Positions 1-11,782 of a stretch of DNA of 64,000 nucleotides are shown piece by piece. Position numbers and translations under genes: made by a program. Source of the DNA: Azolla caroliniana. Its lineage: Eukaryota; Plantae; Polypodiophyta. The stretch lies in the NCBI GenBank assembly GCA_043228905.1, contig JBHGNT010000006.1, forward strand, positions 22,568,001 through 22,632,000, read 5' to 3'. How positions within the stretch are numbered: position 1 is the stretch's first letter; every line of letters begins with the position of its first letter. Below the pieces are notes generated by a model. The model was not told the origin of the DNA, did no database searches, and saw only the letters and a list, made by a program, of their open reading frames with translations.

Positions 1-2972
1 TCCCCTGTTCTCATCTCAAACTCTCCCAGAGAAGCCGGAGGCTTGGTGTTCTTTAACTTCTTTTTGCATTTAACAATTTCATGCAAAGCCACTGAGTTCT
101 CATCCTTATTTCTTCGTTTTTTCGTTGAAACTTCAAGATTCATTCTTTTTAACCCTTTCTTAGCTTTACATTCCTCCAAAACAGAGCTTGTTTTATCCCC
201 ACCAAAGCCAACACAATCTCCAACAAGATACCCACTTTCAACATCAGTCAATGTCTCTGCATCATCAGTTTTATTTTGAACTACCTGTTTTCGCCTTCCT
301 GGTGTTGCTTCTCTATCCTTATGCTGGAGCTTCTTTGCTTCTTTACATTCATCTGCAGCAAAATCTAATGAAGAAAATATTCTCTTTCCATGACTTGATA
401 AAGAATTCTCCACTTTGTTTTCATCAATTTTATGTTTAGAGGCCACCATGTAAGCTCGCAAACCATAGGCATGACCTCGCAATTCTGACATATCTAAAGT
501 ACAATTCCAAGCATCAAAGGGAGAGCAAGCCAAATCTTTCAAGAACTTCAATGTCCTATCTGGATTGAACTTATTTACACTTGACAAAACATCTCTATGA
601 TTTTGAATTATTGTGCCTTTCTGAATGCCGGCTTTTTCATCTAGGAATGTGCTTCTACTGTATAGCATCCCATTGTAGTTCTTTAGTTTGCAGACTAACC
701 CTAATTCTGAACGTTGACAAACTTCCTCAAGTGCTTCATCCACGGCTTTACGAAAGCTCTTCATTGTTTTCTTCACTTTTGCTTTGAAATGTGACTGGAA
801 TGCCATCATTTCTGACTCCTGCACCCATGCAAAGGTACAATCACCAAAAAATGCTACCAGAAATTTTCCTGTTTTTCGTGATTTCATTGCAGAGTTAGAT
901 GCATCTTCAGGATCAAAAATTTGTGCTGGCCACCAAGGATGGGACCTCACTTTGGCCCATACTAAATCACCAAATTCAAAATCCTTATTCTCATTGTAAG
1001 ATTCTGCCACCCCTCTGACAGAGTTGTCTACTAACTCTTGAGCTTCCATGGATAACTGTTCATGTGCACTTTCCTCATCAACATTACGTTCACACCTTTG
1101 TTCAGATTCGATAGCATATTGATTAGCCTCACCTTTTGTTTCTTCTTTCTCTAATGGGTGATTATCAACGGTGGGCTCATTAGAAATAATCTCAGATCCT
1201 TTGTGCCTGCCCTCATTAGAAATCATCTCAGATGCATTATGGGAGAGAGACTCTTCTATTCTAGAGTACATGTCTATATTCACTTCCTGGCTTACTAAGC
1301 CCTTTGCATTGGAACCTTCAACAACATTACCACTTTCTGAAATTGACAATTCGTGCATATGCACATCCATCACCTCTTTGTTGAATTCAGACGGAAACGC
1401 AGCTTTTTCTTTGTGGAATTCAATTTCTTCCAATTGCTTAGAGTTGCAACATAGAGTATCATTTTCTAGTTCAAACTTTCTTAAAGGATGTTCATCAATC
1501 CTTAGGCCAGAGTTGTCACCAGTTAAATTATGCTGAATTTCCTCTTGCATAGTGGTAGTTTGAATTTCCATTATTGCATCCTTGTTTGTATTTGTGACGA
1601 TGTTTTCTACTGATACATCACCTGTAGATAAGCTTGCAGATTGCAAGGCCTGGACCACATTTTCTGCTCGAACAAATTCATCATGTTCTGTTTCCCCTGA
1701 TTTTTCTTCGTCAATCAATGATTTTGTATCAATTAAATGCATATCGTCTTCCTCAGCTGCATTTGATATGATTCCAGATGCTTCATTTGTATGCATCCTC
1801 TCCATGTCCTTTCTTATCTCAGTTTCCCCTGAAAGCTCTTCGTCAATCATTGAGTTTGCGGCTATTAAATTGAAATCTTCCTCAGCTACATCCTCTGATT
1901 CCTGAAGCATGATGGAAGAATTAGATGCAGAGACCCCCTGAAGGCTCCTGACATCAGTCGTCTCAACAGCCTGAAAATTCTCTATTTCCTCTCTTGTGAA
2001 TGTAGAAAAATAATTTTGTTTATGTATATCAATTTGGGTATCCATTAATTCTCCCACGTACTCTGTTTCTATCATATGGGATACTGAAGTTCCAACGTTT
2101 TGTTTGTTTCCTATATCTTCTTGTGTACTATCCCTTGTACATATAGCTAGCTTCGTTTGTGTTTTTTTATCAAACTGGGTAGCTATTGATTCTTTGAACT
2201 CTGTTTCTATCACAGTTTGGTTTAACGCTTTCTCAACTTCCATATCCTTTTCTGATCTATCTTCTCTTGCATATGTGACTGGGTCCACTTGTTTATCAAT
2301 ATCAGACTGTGATTCTACAGCACGCCCTGTTTCTACCATGGTTGTGGCTAAAACTTTTTCACCTTCCACATCCTCTACTGTTCTATCTTCTCTTGTGCAT
2401 GGAACGGTTTCTTCTTGTTTATTTATATCATAGTGCATAGCCATCAATTCTCCAATATTGTCTGTTTCTACCATGCATACTGCTTCTTCTTTGCTCATAT
2501 TAAACTGGGTCTCCACCAATTCCCCCACATACTCTGTTTCTACCAATTCTCTTTTTGAACCTTTCTCACCTTCCCTGGCCATGGCCTCCTCTGCTCTATT
2601 TTCTACCATTTTGATATCATCAACAAGCTGAGAAATGTATAAAGGGTCATCTGCAATGGAGCTTTTCTTGAGAATACCAATAACATCTTGTGAGAATCTG
2701 GCATTAACTGAATCCTCTGCTTCACTTTTCCCTTCTTCATCTTTGGTTTTATTCTCATGGATCCTTGAGGACAATGATACTGTATTTTTCTTCACTAAAT
2801 CATCTTTAATTCCATTATCCTCAGTTGTTGAAGTCAATAACACTACACTTCTCTTCATTGGGTCACCATTCATTCCATCATCAGTACTTGTTGAGGGCAA
2901 TACTACTGTTTCTTTCTTCACTGCGTCATCTACTGAAGTAATAATTTCCTCTGAATCCACTGACGATGCCAT
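1..2972 (-). CDS. PWWP-domain chromatin protein (plant PDP-like), 3' end outside window
   Basis: ATG at 2972 (MASSVDSEEIITS). The frame appears open to the window edge, which would explain its absence from the ORF track. The same frame at ~975-720 reads FGDLVWAKVRSHPWWPAQIFDP...LVAFFGDCTFAW...FRKAVDEALEEV, a canonical plant PWWP domain. Long acidic N-terminus. Confidence 0.9.
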   Translation of the reverse strand, partial: MASSVDSEEIITSVDDAVKKETVVLPSTSTDDGMNGDPMKRSVVLLTSTTEDNGIKDDLVKKNTVSLSSRIHENKTKDEEGKSEAEDSVNARFSQDVIGILKKSSIADDPLYISQLVDDIKMVENRAEEAMAREGEKGSKRELVETEYVGELVETQFNMSKEEAVCMVETDNIGELMAMHYDINKQEETVPCTREDRTVEDVEGEKVLATTMVETGRAVESQSDIDKQVDPVTYAREDRSEKDMEVEKALNQTVIETEFKESIATQFDKKTQTKLAICTRDSTQEDIGNKQNVGTSVSHMIETEYVGELMDTQIDIHKQNYFSTFTREEIENFQAVETTDVRSLQGVSASNSSIMLQESEDVAEEDFNLIAANSMIDEELSGETEIRKDMERMHTNEASGIISNAAEEDDMHLIDTKSLIDEEKSGETEHDEFVRAENVVQALQSASLSTGDVSVENIVTNTNKDAIMEIQTTTMQEEIQHNLTGDNSGLRIDEHPLRKFELENDTLCCNSKQLEEIEFHKEKAAFPSEFNKEVMDVHMHELSISESGNVVEGSNAKGLVSQEVNIDMYSRIEESLSHNASEMISNEGRHKGSEIISNEPTVDNHPLEKEETKGEANQYAIESEQRCERNVDEESAHEQLSMEAQELVDNSVRGVAESYNENKDFEFGDLVWAKVRSHPWWPAQIFDPEDASNSAMKSRKTGKFLVAFFGDCTFAWVQESEMMAFQSHFKAKVKKTMKSFRKAVDEALEEVCQRSELGLVCKLKNYNGMLYSRSTFLDEKAGIQKGTIIQNHRDVLSSVNKFNPDRTLKFLKDLACSPFDAWNCTLDMSELRGHAYGLRAYMVASKHKIDENKVENSLSSHGKRIFSSLDFAADECKEAKKLQHKDREATPGRRKQVVQNKTDDAETLTDVESGYLVGDCVGFGGDKTSSVLEECKAKKGLKRMNLEVSTKKRRNKDENSVALHEIVKCKKKLKNTKPPASLGEFEMRTG

Positions 2973-3283
2973 TTTCTGCTACTGTAGAATTCTACTTCCA
3001 GAATTCCAAGGCTTCTATACCCAAATACAAAACTTTAAACCATTTCTGTGCATAGACCCATGAAACCCTAATTCCTGCGAGCAAGGAAAATTGGGCAAAA
3101 GATCTGTGTGGGTACCAAGAAACACGTGTACTGAGACATACAGTGAATTGCTTGCAAGAACAAATTTTGCCAAAACATATTGGAAAGAGAATCTTTCAAC
3201 TTACCTTTGGAGGGGAATGAAAATTTAGAAGCCCACAGAAGCAGGTTCTGCACCAAGAAGCTCGCTTGCTAGTATGTAGTTTA

Positions 3284-3285
<2 letters not shown>

Positions 3286-3356
<71 letters not shown>
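3286..3356. repeat. Compound (GT)n(GA)n microsatellite upstream of the PWWP gene
   Basis: Directly visible. Confidence 0.95.
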
Positions 3357-3360
<4 letters not shown>

Positions 3361-3625
3361 AGAGTGAGTGAGGAACAGAGCATTAAATTTAGCACTGAGA
3401 ACAAATACAGGGTAATGGCTATGGCTTCTCAGAAGCTTCACTTATTTATTTTATGAGTTTTTTCTGTACATCTAAAATGCATGACACAACCATATGTATC
3501 ATGTATGTATAATGTATGTATGTATTTATTTATTTAAGTAAACTCAAAGGCACAACTTAATTACATACTTTTTAGAATCCCTAAGGTTGTTGGTTCGAAT
3601 CGAGAGTCTCCGCAGACTACTCTGA

Positions 3626-3770
3626 TTCTAATTCATTTCCCATTGATGCCGATTCTTGACACATGAAGAAAATTGATGCAAGATAATAACTAGTCTAATT
3701 CTAATCCGTTTCCCATTGATGCAAATTACTCTTGAGTCTTGACACATGAAGAAATTGATGCAAGATAATA
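3626..3770. repeat. Imperfect ~80-bp tandem duplication
   Basis: ttctaat..tttcccattgatgc...tcttgacacatgaagaaa(a)ttgatgcaagataataa occurs twice. Confidence 0.7.
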
Positions 3771-4840
3771 AGTTTAGGTTTGTTCGTCTCCATATGTGCA
3801 TCGATTTTCAAGAGCTTGTTTTCTTTTGTTATGGGCAACATGGTCAAAAGTTTGGTTCGCGATTCGTTATCTTGGTCCTAGCTAACTAACACAACAAACA
3901 TTGGAGCCTTTTGGGACATGCAACAATAATCCATGAGCTTGATTGATATCTAGGTAAGAGTCCCTTGTCACTATATCGACAGTGAACGTCTAGGCCAGAC
4001 CTTGAATTCCTTGATTGTTAGGCTTTCCTTTTCTATTGTAATGTCAATATAATGATCTTAATGGCTTGAAATCCATTAGTTTTCTCCTGATTCATGAAAC
4101 CACACTCCATTTTGAGGGCTCATCGAAAATTTCTCATGTTTTTTTTCTGTTGAACCACACATGTGATTATATTTATGTAATCCGAGGAGGACCCGACAAG
4201 GAAATACTTTCCTAAAAGATTTGAGCGAACAATGTCATCACATGACCCATTATCTATCCCTTAATGCTCACGCTCCTTGCATATTTGGTTTACATTCAAG
4301 CTGACATAGAAAGAATTATCGTCATGAGATGATAGGCATAGCTTTCTGAACTAATGTGTGTAGCTTCATATGGGGATTCAAAGGAATGACATCCATAATC
4401 ATTTCTTAATTGCTTATACTAAAACTCTACCATCCACTTATGCTATTTTTCTTTATGATTTTTTGGGAATGTGCCCCTATGAAATTGTCATCAAGTCAAA
4501 ATTAAGAGATTGAGGATATTTGTTGATTTGATTTTAAGGGTTCTCTAAGGAAGCCGGTAGGTCATGGTGTCTAATGCATGAGTGTGTACTTAAGGAGAAA
4601 TCGATATTAATATCCATGGGTATGAAATGTGAATCTTGACTTTGGTGTTGAGTGTAAACATATACCATAGTGTATATGTTATGTCCATACTCAAACACGC
4701 CTTGTACTTGAAAACTTATGCTCAACTATTTTCACATAGTTCCATATGTTCATCATCAACTCATTTAGGACTATTTATTTCCTTCTCTTTCACACTTAAT
4801 ACATTCAGAAATAAAATTCAATGCACCACCATATCCCAAT

Positions 4841-5305
4841 TAACAATCGGCAATGGTTCGGTTCGAGAGTGTCAAAACGAACCGTTTAAAAATGTTGAAA
4901 CTTGAATTGAACTGAACCGAACCATGACACCGTTAAACCGAATCGTTAATTTTTTTCAAACTGTTAAAACCCCAGTTTCGGTTATCGACTTAGGTCAATT
5001 TTTAATTTTTTAATTTTTAAAATTTAAAGATGTTCCTAAAATGTGGGTTATCGACTTAGGTCAATTTTTAATTTTTTAATTTTTAAAATTTAAAGATGTT
5101 CCTAAAATGTGAGAATAACGCCTGAAAATGAAAGATCGTCTAAAAACAAAAATAAAAAATAAAAAATAATTTAAATTTAAAAAAAATAAAATAAAATCGT
5201 TAAACCGCATGTTGAAACCGAACCAAACCGTTAAAAAAAACCTGAACTTGAAATTGAATATGTTTTAAGCCGTTATGTTGTTAAGCCTCGGTTTGCCGAT
5301 TGTTA
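4841..5305. mobile_element. hAT-type MITE
   Basis: TIR TAACAATCGGCAA...TTGCCGATTGTTA. Perfect 8-bp TSD ATCCCAAT (4833-4840, 5306-5313). Subterminal AACCG repeats and an internal ~66-bp tandem duplication. Confidence 0.9.
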
Positions 5306-6092
5306 ATCCCAATATGCTTTTAGCTTATTATGGAGTAAATGAGTATCATTGCCAAGTGATGCGGCTTACTTGTGTGATTTACTTGTAGCTTCTTATCAAA
5401 TAGATTGCACTTTAACACCTTCCAGATTCTTTAATGTAATTGTGCCTCTCCACTCATATAGGAGGATTTTTTTTACGAGTCAAAGAGGCATATGAAAAAG
5501 GGATGTAGCTTTGCTTCTCTACTTTGTATTTATTTGCTTATTATTGAGAATTACTTTGTGGCTCCTTGTCATGATGCCCTCCATATGCATGCATCACTTC
5601 CTTCCAGATCATCATAGAAATAAAAAAATGGCATCTAATTCCATATATAAGTGATCTAAAGAAACATTCCTTATGATAATTTTGAATCCAAATTGATAGT
5701 TCAAATCGTTAATGAAATTTATCCTCTCTTCAACAACAAAGACTTCCTAAAAGAACATAGAGGAAAATTCCAAGTCATAGTTAAATAGACAAAACACATA
5801 ACATTAAGTGAAATCACTTCAATTTCCAAATAGTAGAATTAGATGGAACAAGATAGATGACAAGATACCCATGTGTTAGACCCTATATTGCAACATCAGA
5901 CACACTTTCCTATCTTTTTAGTAGTTTTAGCTCATTTTCTAGGAATTATTTTATTGATTTCAAGAATGAATAAATTGAATGTCAAATTAAAATTTGGTCA
6001 CACATTATTTGACACCTTATATTGATAGATATCTTTTTAAGACCCACAAGAGACTGATTGTGATATAATAGATGGGGCCTAGCCCATGATGA

Positions 6093-6205
6093 GGATCGAA
6101 CTTCAATTATCTCAATGCTGTGACTTCGATGATATGGAGTAAACCACTAGGATCGAACTTCAATTATCTCAATGTTATGACTTCAATGATATGGAGTAAA
6201 CCACC
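6093..6205. repeat. 57-bp tandem duplication downstream of the SSI stop
   Basis: ggatcgaacttcaattatctcaatg...gatatggagtaaaccac occurs twice. Confidence 0.8.
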
Positions 6206-6282
6206 AAGCTGATGGTCAAAGAGATAAACGGTGATGGCCACTTGCGGTCATTGGTAGGTAAGGACATAAGGGCGATGTCCAC

Positions 6283-9200
6283 TTATGATGTATAAGGAGG
6301 ATTGGTCATAACCCATTCAAAAATTTGTTCATATTGTAGAGCAGCACGGTCCCATGAGACATCTTGTTCCATGCCTCGACGCATTATTCTTTCCCATGAC
6401 GACTTTTGTTCCCTAAATGTTTGAGTGGATGTCCTCAATGCCTAGAGCCACAAATATGCATGTGGTGACTAATATCAAAATTTGGCATAGTAATGTGATA
6501 TTATATGCAACAATCAATGAAAAGCTTACCTCAAGCATGGCATCTTTGGTTAAGGGAGAGAAAGTCCACCTACAATAAAACATGCTTGTTATATTGACTT
6601 GATCAATCATGGGAAACGACTTTGATTAAACAAATTTCTTTTATCTGGACACAATCTAGCCTCTAAGATAATAACAATGCTATAAATCAAGAAAGAACTC
6701 ATATTGTGATCCTTGTCTACAATACTTAGAACTCAAATTGATCTCTCTTAAGACTACTAGTCCACATAAGAAAATCAATTGACAAAACATTGAAAGACGG
6801 GGCCCCATAAAAAATATATAGTCTAAGTCAACAAAGTAAGAGGCGAAAAGCACTAAATAGCAATAGTAGCGATGAAATCTACTTGTGGCTATATAAGTGT
6901 TCATGTATAAATGACGTTAGTTTCTAGTAAAAACTTTCGAAACATTTGAGTTTTCCTTGACCTTCCCAAATGCCCCCAAGTATTTTTAATTCCCCAAATA
7001 TCCCTACCCAACCTAGCAAGAGAAAAAGTTCGATGATTTGGCAATATGATTGCTCATTTGGGGAATAACGAAAACTTAAGGGCATTTGAGGAAATTCTTG
7101 AAACCTTAGGGGCATTCTCAAAACTTTACCCGGTTCCAGCTCCTTTTCCATCATTTGCTAATGAATCGTATTCCTCGACAGTGTCCTGAACAATTTGACA
7201 ATTCTATATACTATTATCATTCTGAAATATTGTTCGCAAATAAAATCACTAAATTTCATATCTTATATATTGCAACCATACCCTTAATCCACCAGTACAA
7301 TGAACGACCGGTATCGTACCATATCTCATTGCATACAATTGATTAAGACCACATGGCTCGAATCTTGATGGCATCAAGAGTATATCACACCTGATAAATA
7401 AGGAAAAGTATATTGTATGAGATAAACCAATGGACAAATAACAAAAGGTGAGGACATATGTTTTATTGCTTTACCCTGCTGTGATGCGGTGAGCAACTGG
7501 GACACTAAACCCAACCCATCCTCGAAACTTTTCTTTGTAACTTAACTCCGCCCATTGCATCCATGACTCTATGGATGTATCTCCAGAACCAAGCATAACC
7601 TACAAATGGAAATTTGTTACATTTAATAACTCATTCTCCTTTCTAGCTCTTGTTCTAAGAATGGCAAAAACAAATACAATGTTGGTTTTTAGGCCTTTTT
7701 CAACTATATTTTCTTTACTTCTTTTATTTTTATAGACACACTTTCACTACTTGTTTTTTTTATCTTTCTTACATTCACATAGTTTTAATTATCTATCAAT
7801 TGTTTGGAAAAACATTACCATTTGTACATCATCATTCATAAGTTCCGGAAGAGCAGCCTGAATGATGTCCGGCCCTTTCTGATAATCCAAACGTCCAATA
7901 AATCCAACCTGAAGAAACTCTCTGTATTAGAAGAGGAAAATTGTCACATCATGTGGACATACACATATGGATATACTTGGTATACATAGTATGTATGCAT
8001 TTATTTCCGAACTATCTATAATTGTATACATTTATATATGTACACATGTGATGATTAGGTATCTATGTGGTGCCTATGTATGGACACATATGTGCGCGTA
8101 CACATATACACATGTTTAGGTGTAACATGTTGAAAAGATTTATGATATTCTTCTTACCAATGGAACCTCTGGCCGAATAGGTAGCCCTAGCTCCTTTTGC
8201 AAATCAGCTTTGCATTTTGCCTAACAGACTCATCATTTCCCACTTAAAAATATCAAAATTTAGTAACTTTTAGCATTCCATCAAGACGACTCTCCTACCA
8301 TACTAATTAAAATCATACCTTTCCCGATGTATCATCCATTGAATATGGAGAAGCGATATGCTTATCCGTAGATGGGTTCCAATCACTTACATCAACACCA
8401 TTGGTGATGCCTGGCCTCAACATTATTCAAGATAAAGATTCGTAAGGAAACGTTAGAAAATAAACAAATCCACATTCAAATGAGAAAAAATATTAGTTCA
8501 CCATTGATCATTGCTTTTCTAGACCTAAGAAGACCATCTAGGCCCCATCCTCCTTCGACTGTTGTTATTTCCCATGCATATCCCTGCACATACACAAAAC
8601 ACACTACATACATTCAAATAAAACTCACATCAAGAAAGTTTGCATGTGAAATGAATTGTCATGTTTTTGAGGAGTTCCAATTATCTACCTCACTAACTGT
8701 AACTATATGGTCCGACGTCACAATAGCACCTTTCAGATGATTCACAGCTTCACCTTTGTCTAGAGCATGAGCTCTTGCCCAAGGTGGAAAAACCCATTCA
8801 AGGGCACTATACCACTTCTCAGGTAAACCAAGTTTGGTATATGTTGTTGCGGCCTCTACACCCTATAAAAATGGATTCTATGAGATTTGTTATCAAGTAA
8901 AAGAAGCTAAGAAAGCTTTGAGATGGTTGACTGAATTCCAAATGTCAAAATTCTAATACATGATGTGCGAGATTGTGTATAGCCAATATCGATCTTGCAT
9001 TCTTATAAACGCCATTTTCTCGATATTTCGATGCCAATAACCTGTAAAACCATATTGTTTATGCTTTAGAAATGGATGTTATTTTTCAAATTAGTAAACC
9101 TGGAAAAAAGCTTACATGAAAAAAAGCACATGATACTCACACTGGTACAAGACTTGCATGCCAATCATTGGCAATGAACAAACATTTTTCACCATATGTA

Positions 9201-10980
9201 TATCCTCCTAATGGCAAAACTAAGGGTGCTTCACAAGCAGCATGGCATAGAAGGGTGAATCGAAACTGCGAAAAAAATTGTACCAAATAATCAATCATAA
9301 TATTAGAGTGAATACACTCTTGCTACTTTAGTGGTTGACTATATGTGTAAACCCATCTGTATCATGAGCATCTAAAGGTCCCTATTTTAAAGAATTATTG
9401 AGGAATTTGTATGTTAGAGAAATGCACCATTCCTTCTTATTCAATCTTGTCTATATCACATTTTACATTCTACCCTTATATATGTATACTTCCTAACAAG
9501 ATAATTACAAAGTCTAAATACCTGGTTGTCACCAAAAGCACCTCTTGTGTCTCCATATGGGGTTCCCGGTCTATGATAAGCAGGATGATCAACGAACACC
9601 TATCATGGGCGTGAAGGTCAAACGTGAATAAAAAACACATTGTAAATGATTAGTTAATATTAACAAAACAATAAGGCTTAGATATTAACCTTCTAGGTGC
9701 ACTCTATATTGGAACTAGGGGCATTTAGGACGTGCTTTTGATCAAGGGAATGCATTATGATAGCCCAAGCTTTCCATGAAAGATCTATAACACAAATTCA
9801 TATACTAGAACCAGGGTAGTCTACTTTGTTAGCAGTGAGCTTGGGTACACATTACTAACCTAAGGTATATGTTAGAAACTCCTAGTTGAATGTTTTGCAA
9901 TGGACATGTAGATGGGCATTGGATCACCAAACTAGCTATTTGCCACCCAAGCAAAGAAACATGAGTGTAGGTAAGCAAATGCGAATGTATATATATATAT
10001 ATATAGCTTAAAATATGAAGAAACAATACAAATGATGAGCCTAGGATTATAGTTAGAAATACCCAGTCGACACCAGCGCGGAACTCATGAAAGAATGCGA
10101 CTTCGTGTTCTCCATCGAAGCAAGAAAGGGCGATACGGCATTGTGCATCAAAAGCTCCCGAGAATTTGTGATCGTCCACTCCATTCATGTAGCGAGGAGA
10201 GACTACCATGACTCGATTGCCCCTCGATGCGAGTGCAATCGGCAGGGAACCGCAGACGTCACCGAGGCCCCCGGTTTTAGAGTATGGGGCGACTTCCGAC
10301 GACACGAACACAATGTTGAAAGGGTGTTGAGAGAGCCTGTTAATATTATTTCCGGGGTTCTGTTCTGGCATGGTGGTGCCCGATGGGAGTTCTCGATTCG
10401 TAGGGCTACTTTTGTCTTGAAATCATTTTTGCAAAAAGAAAATCATGGTAAAGGAAACAAGAAAAAGAATATAAGGTGGGAATATCAGAACACATGAACT
10501 CAGGTAACAATAGATTAATTAAGGAAGAAGAAAAATACAGAAGGAAAAACAGGGGAAGACAAAACAGAGACAAAACAGGGGAAGACAAAACAGAGACAAA
10601 ACAGAGACAGAGACAGAGACAGAGACAGAGACAGAGAAGATTTTTTAGCAGAGTTTTTTACCTTGGTCTGAGAAGCATTGCTCCTTCTCTGTATCGGACA
10701 TTTTAGGTAAAGAGAATCTCATTTCTGTGGGCGAAGAGGTTTCCATAACTACCTCCCTACTGCTCCTTTTCCGCCCACCAGGATTTGCTGGTGCACTTGC
10801 TGTAATCATCGAAGAAAACCCATTTGAACGGCACAGATTTTGGCTCTGGATCTGGCTCTGGCTCTGATGATGAAGCTTCTTTGATGACTTACATGAGCAA
10901 CAAGAGAAGACAGAGGCGGCTAACTCTGTGGAAGAAAAGCTATGGAAATCAGAGAAAGCAGAGCTGGATGCGGTGATCAT
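6283..10980 (-). CDS. SS1: Soluble starch synthase I (GT5), plastid-targeted, 15 exons
   Basis: Hand-spliced GT-AG exons, approximately: 10980-10662, 10415-10063, 9599-9522, 9265-9141, 9041-8960, 8862-8689, 8583-8502, 8410-8319, 8220-8158, 7908-7819, 7599-7475, 7390-7282, 7185-7130, 6569-6530, 6441-6283. Motifs: [100 protein letters not shown]. Ser-rich transit peptide. Confidence 0.96.
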
Positions 10981-11127
10981 GGTAAACAAAAAGAAGAAGA
11001 AGATCAAGAAGAAGAAGAAGAAGAAGAAGAAGGAAGGAAGGAAGGAAAATGAGGAGTTTAATTCCTGTGTTTTGATTTCTTTCTTTCTTTCTTCTGAGAC
11101 ATGGCTATGGCCAAGGGGGGGTGTATG

Positions 11128-11200
11128 TGTGACACGTGTCACATCCTCAGAGCTTCCGAGGGTGTGTTTTCGGGTGACACGTGTCACATCCTCGGAGCTT
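11128..11200. promoter_or_regulatory. Two extended G-box palindromes upstream of SS1
   Basis: TGTGACACGTGTCACA (11128-11143) and GTGACACGTGTCAC (11174-11187) lie in a duplicated ~27-bp unit, 150-210 bp upstream of the ATG. Confidence 0.6.
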
Positions 11201-11782
11201 GGCAAGGAAATGGGTTTCTTTGGGATAAGAAGAAAAAAAGTCCCAATGAAATTTGATGGATGGAAGAGACCAGACAAGACAACACACTTTCTTTATTTTA
11301 CTCGCAACCAGAGTCACCCAGAAAGCCCTATGGCTCCAGCCTCCGTCCTGGCCACGAGCCCGCCTCCACAATGCTCTCGAACTTCTTGTGGCTCTTGATT
11401 AGCCCTTATCTGTTCTAAGATCGTCTGTTCCTCTTCATTTGCGGTAAACCTAGCGCATGTAATTGCGTGTGTGTACTTACTTGATTGATCGTACGTTACA
11501 TATGTCACAGATGTATGCACATGTATGAATGAATGAATGTATATACTACATGTGTTTGTGTAGTAGAAATATACAAAAAGAGTAACAATGAAAGGTAAGT
11601 AGGTTGTGCGTGCGTGCATGTACGTGTGTGTGGCTTGGATATCTCTATTCAGAGCTGGGTGACTTTCTATACCACCTCCGTGCTTGCGTCCTTCGTCATC
11701 TCTCTTCCTTCTTGTGCCACTTGGAGGTCAATGGTTAGTTGGTGACATTTCATGCGGAGCTTTTGTTCTTCTTGGTGTCAAC

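Noticed and set aside
43-3063. Series of Ser/Phe-rich plus-strand ORFs
   Set aside because: They are antisense shadows of the Glu/Lys-rich PWWP exon.
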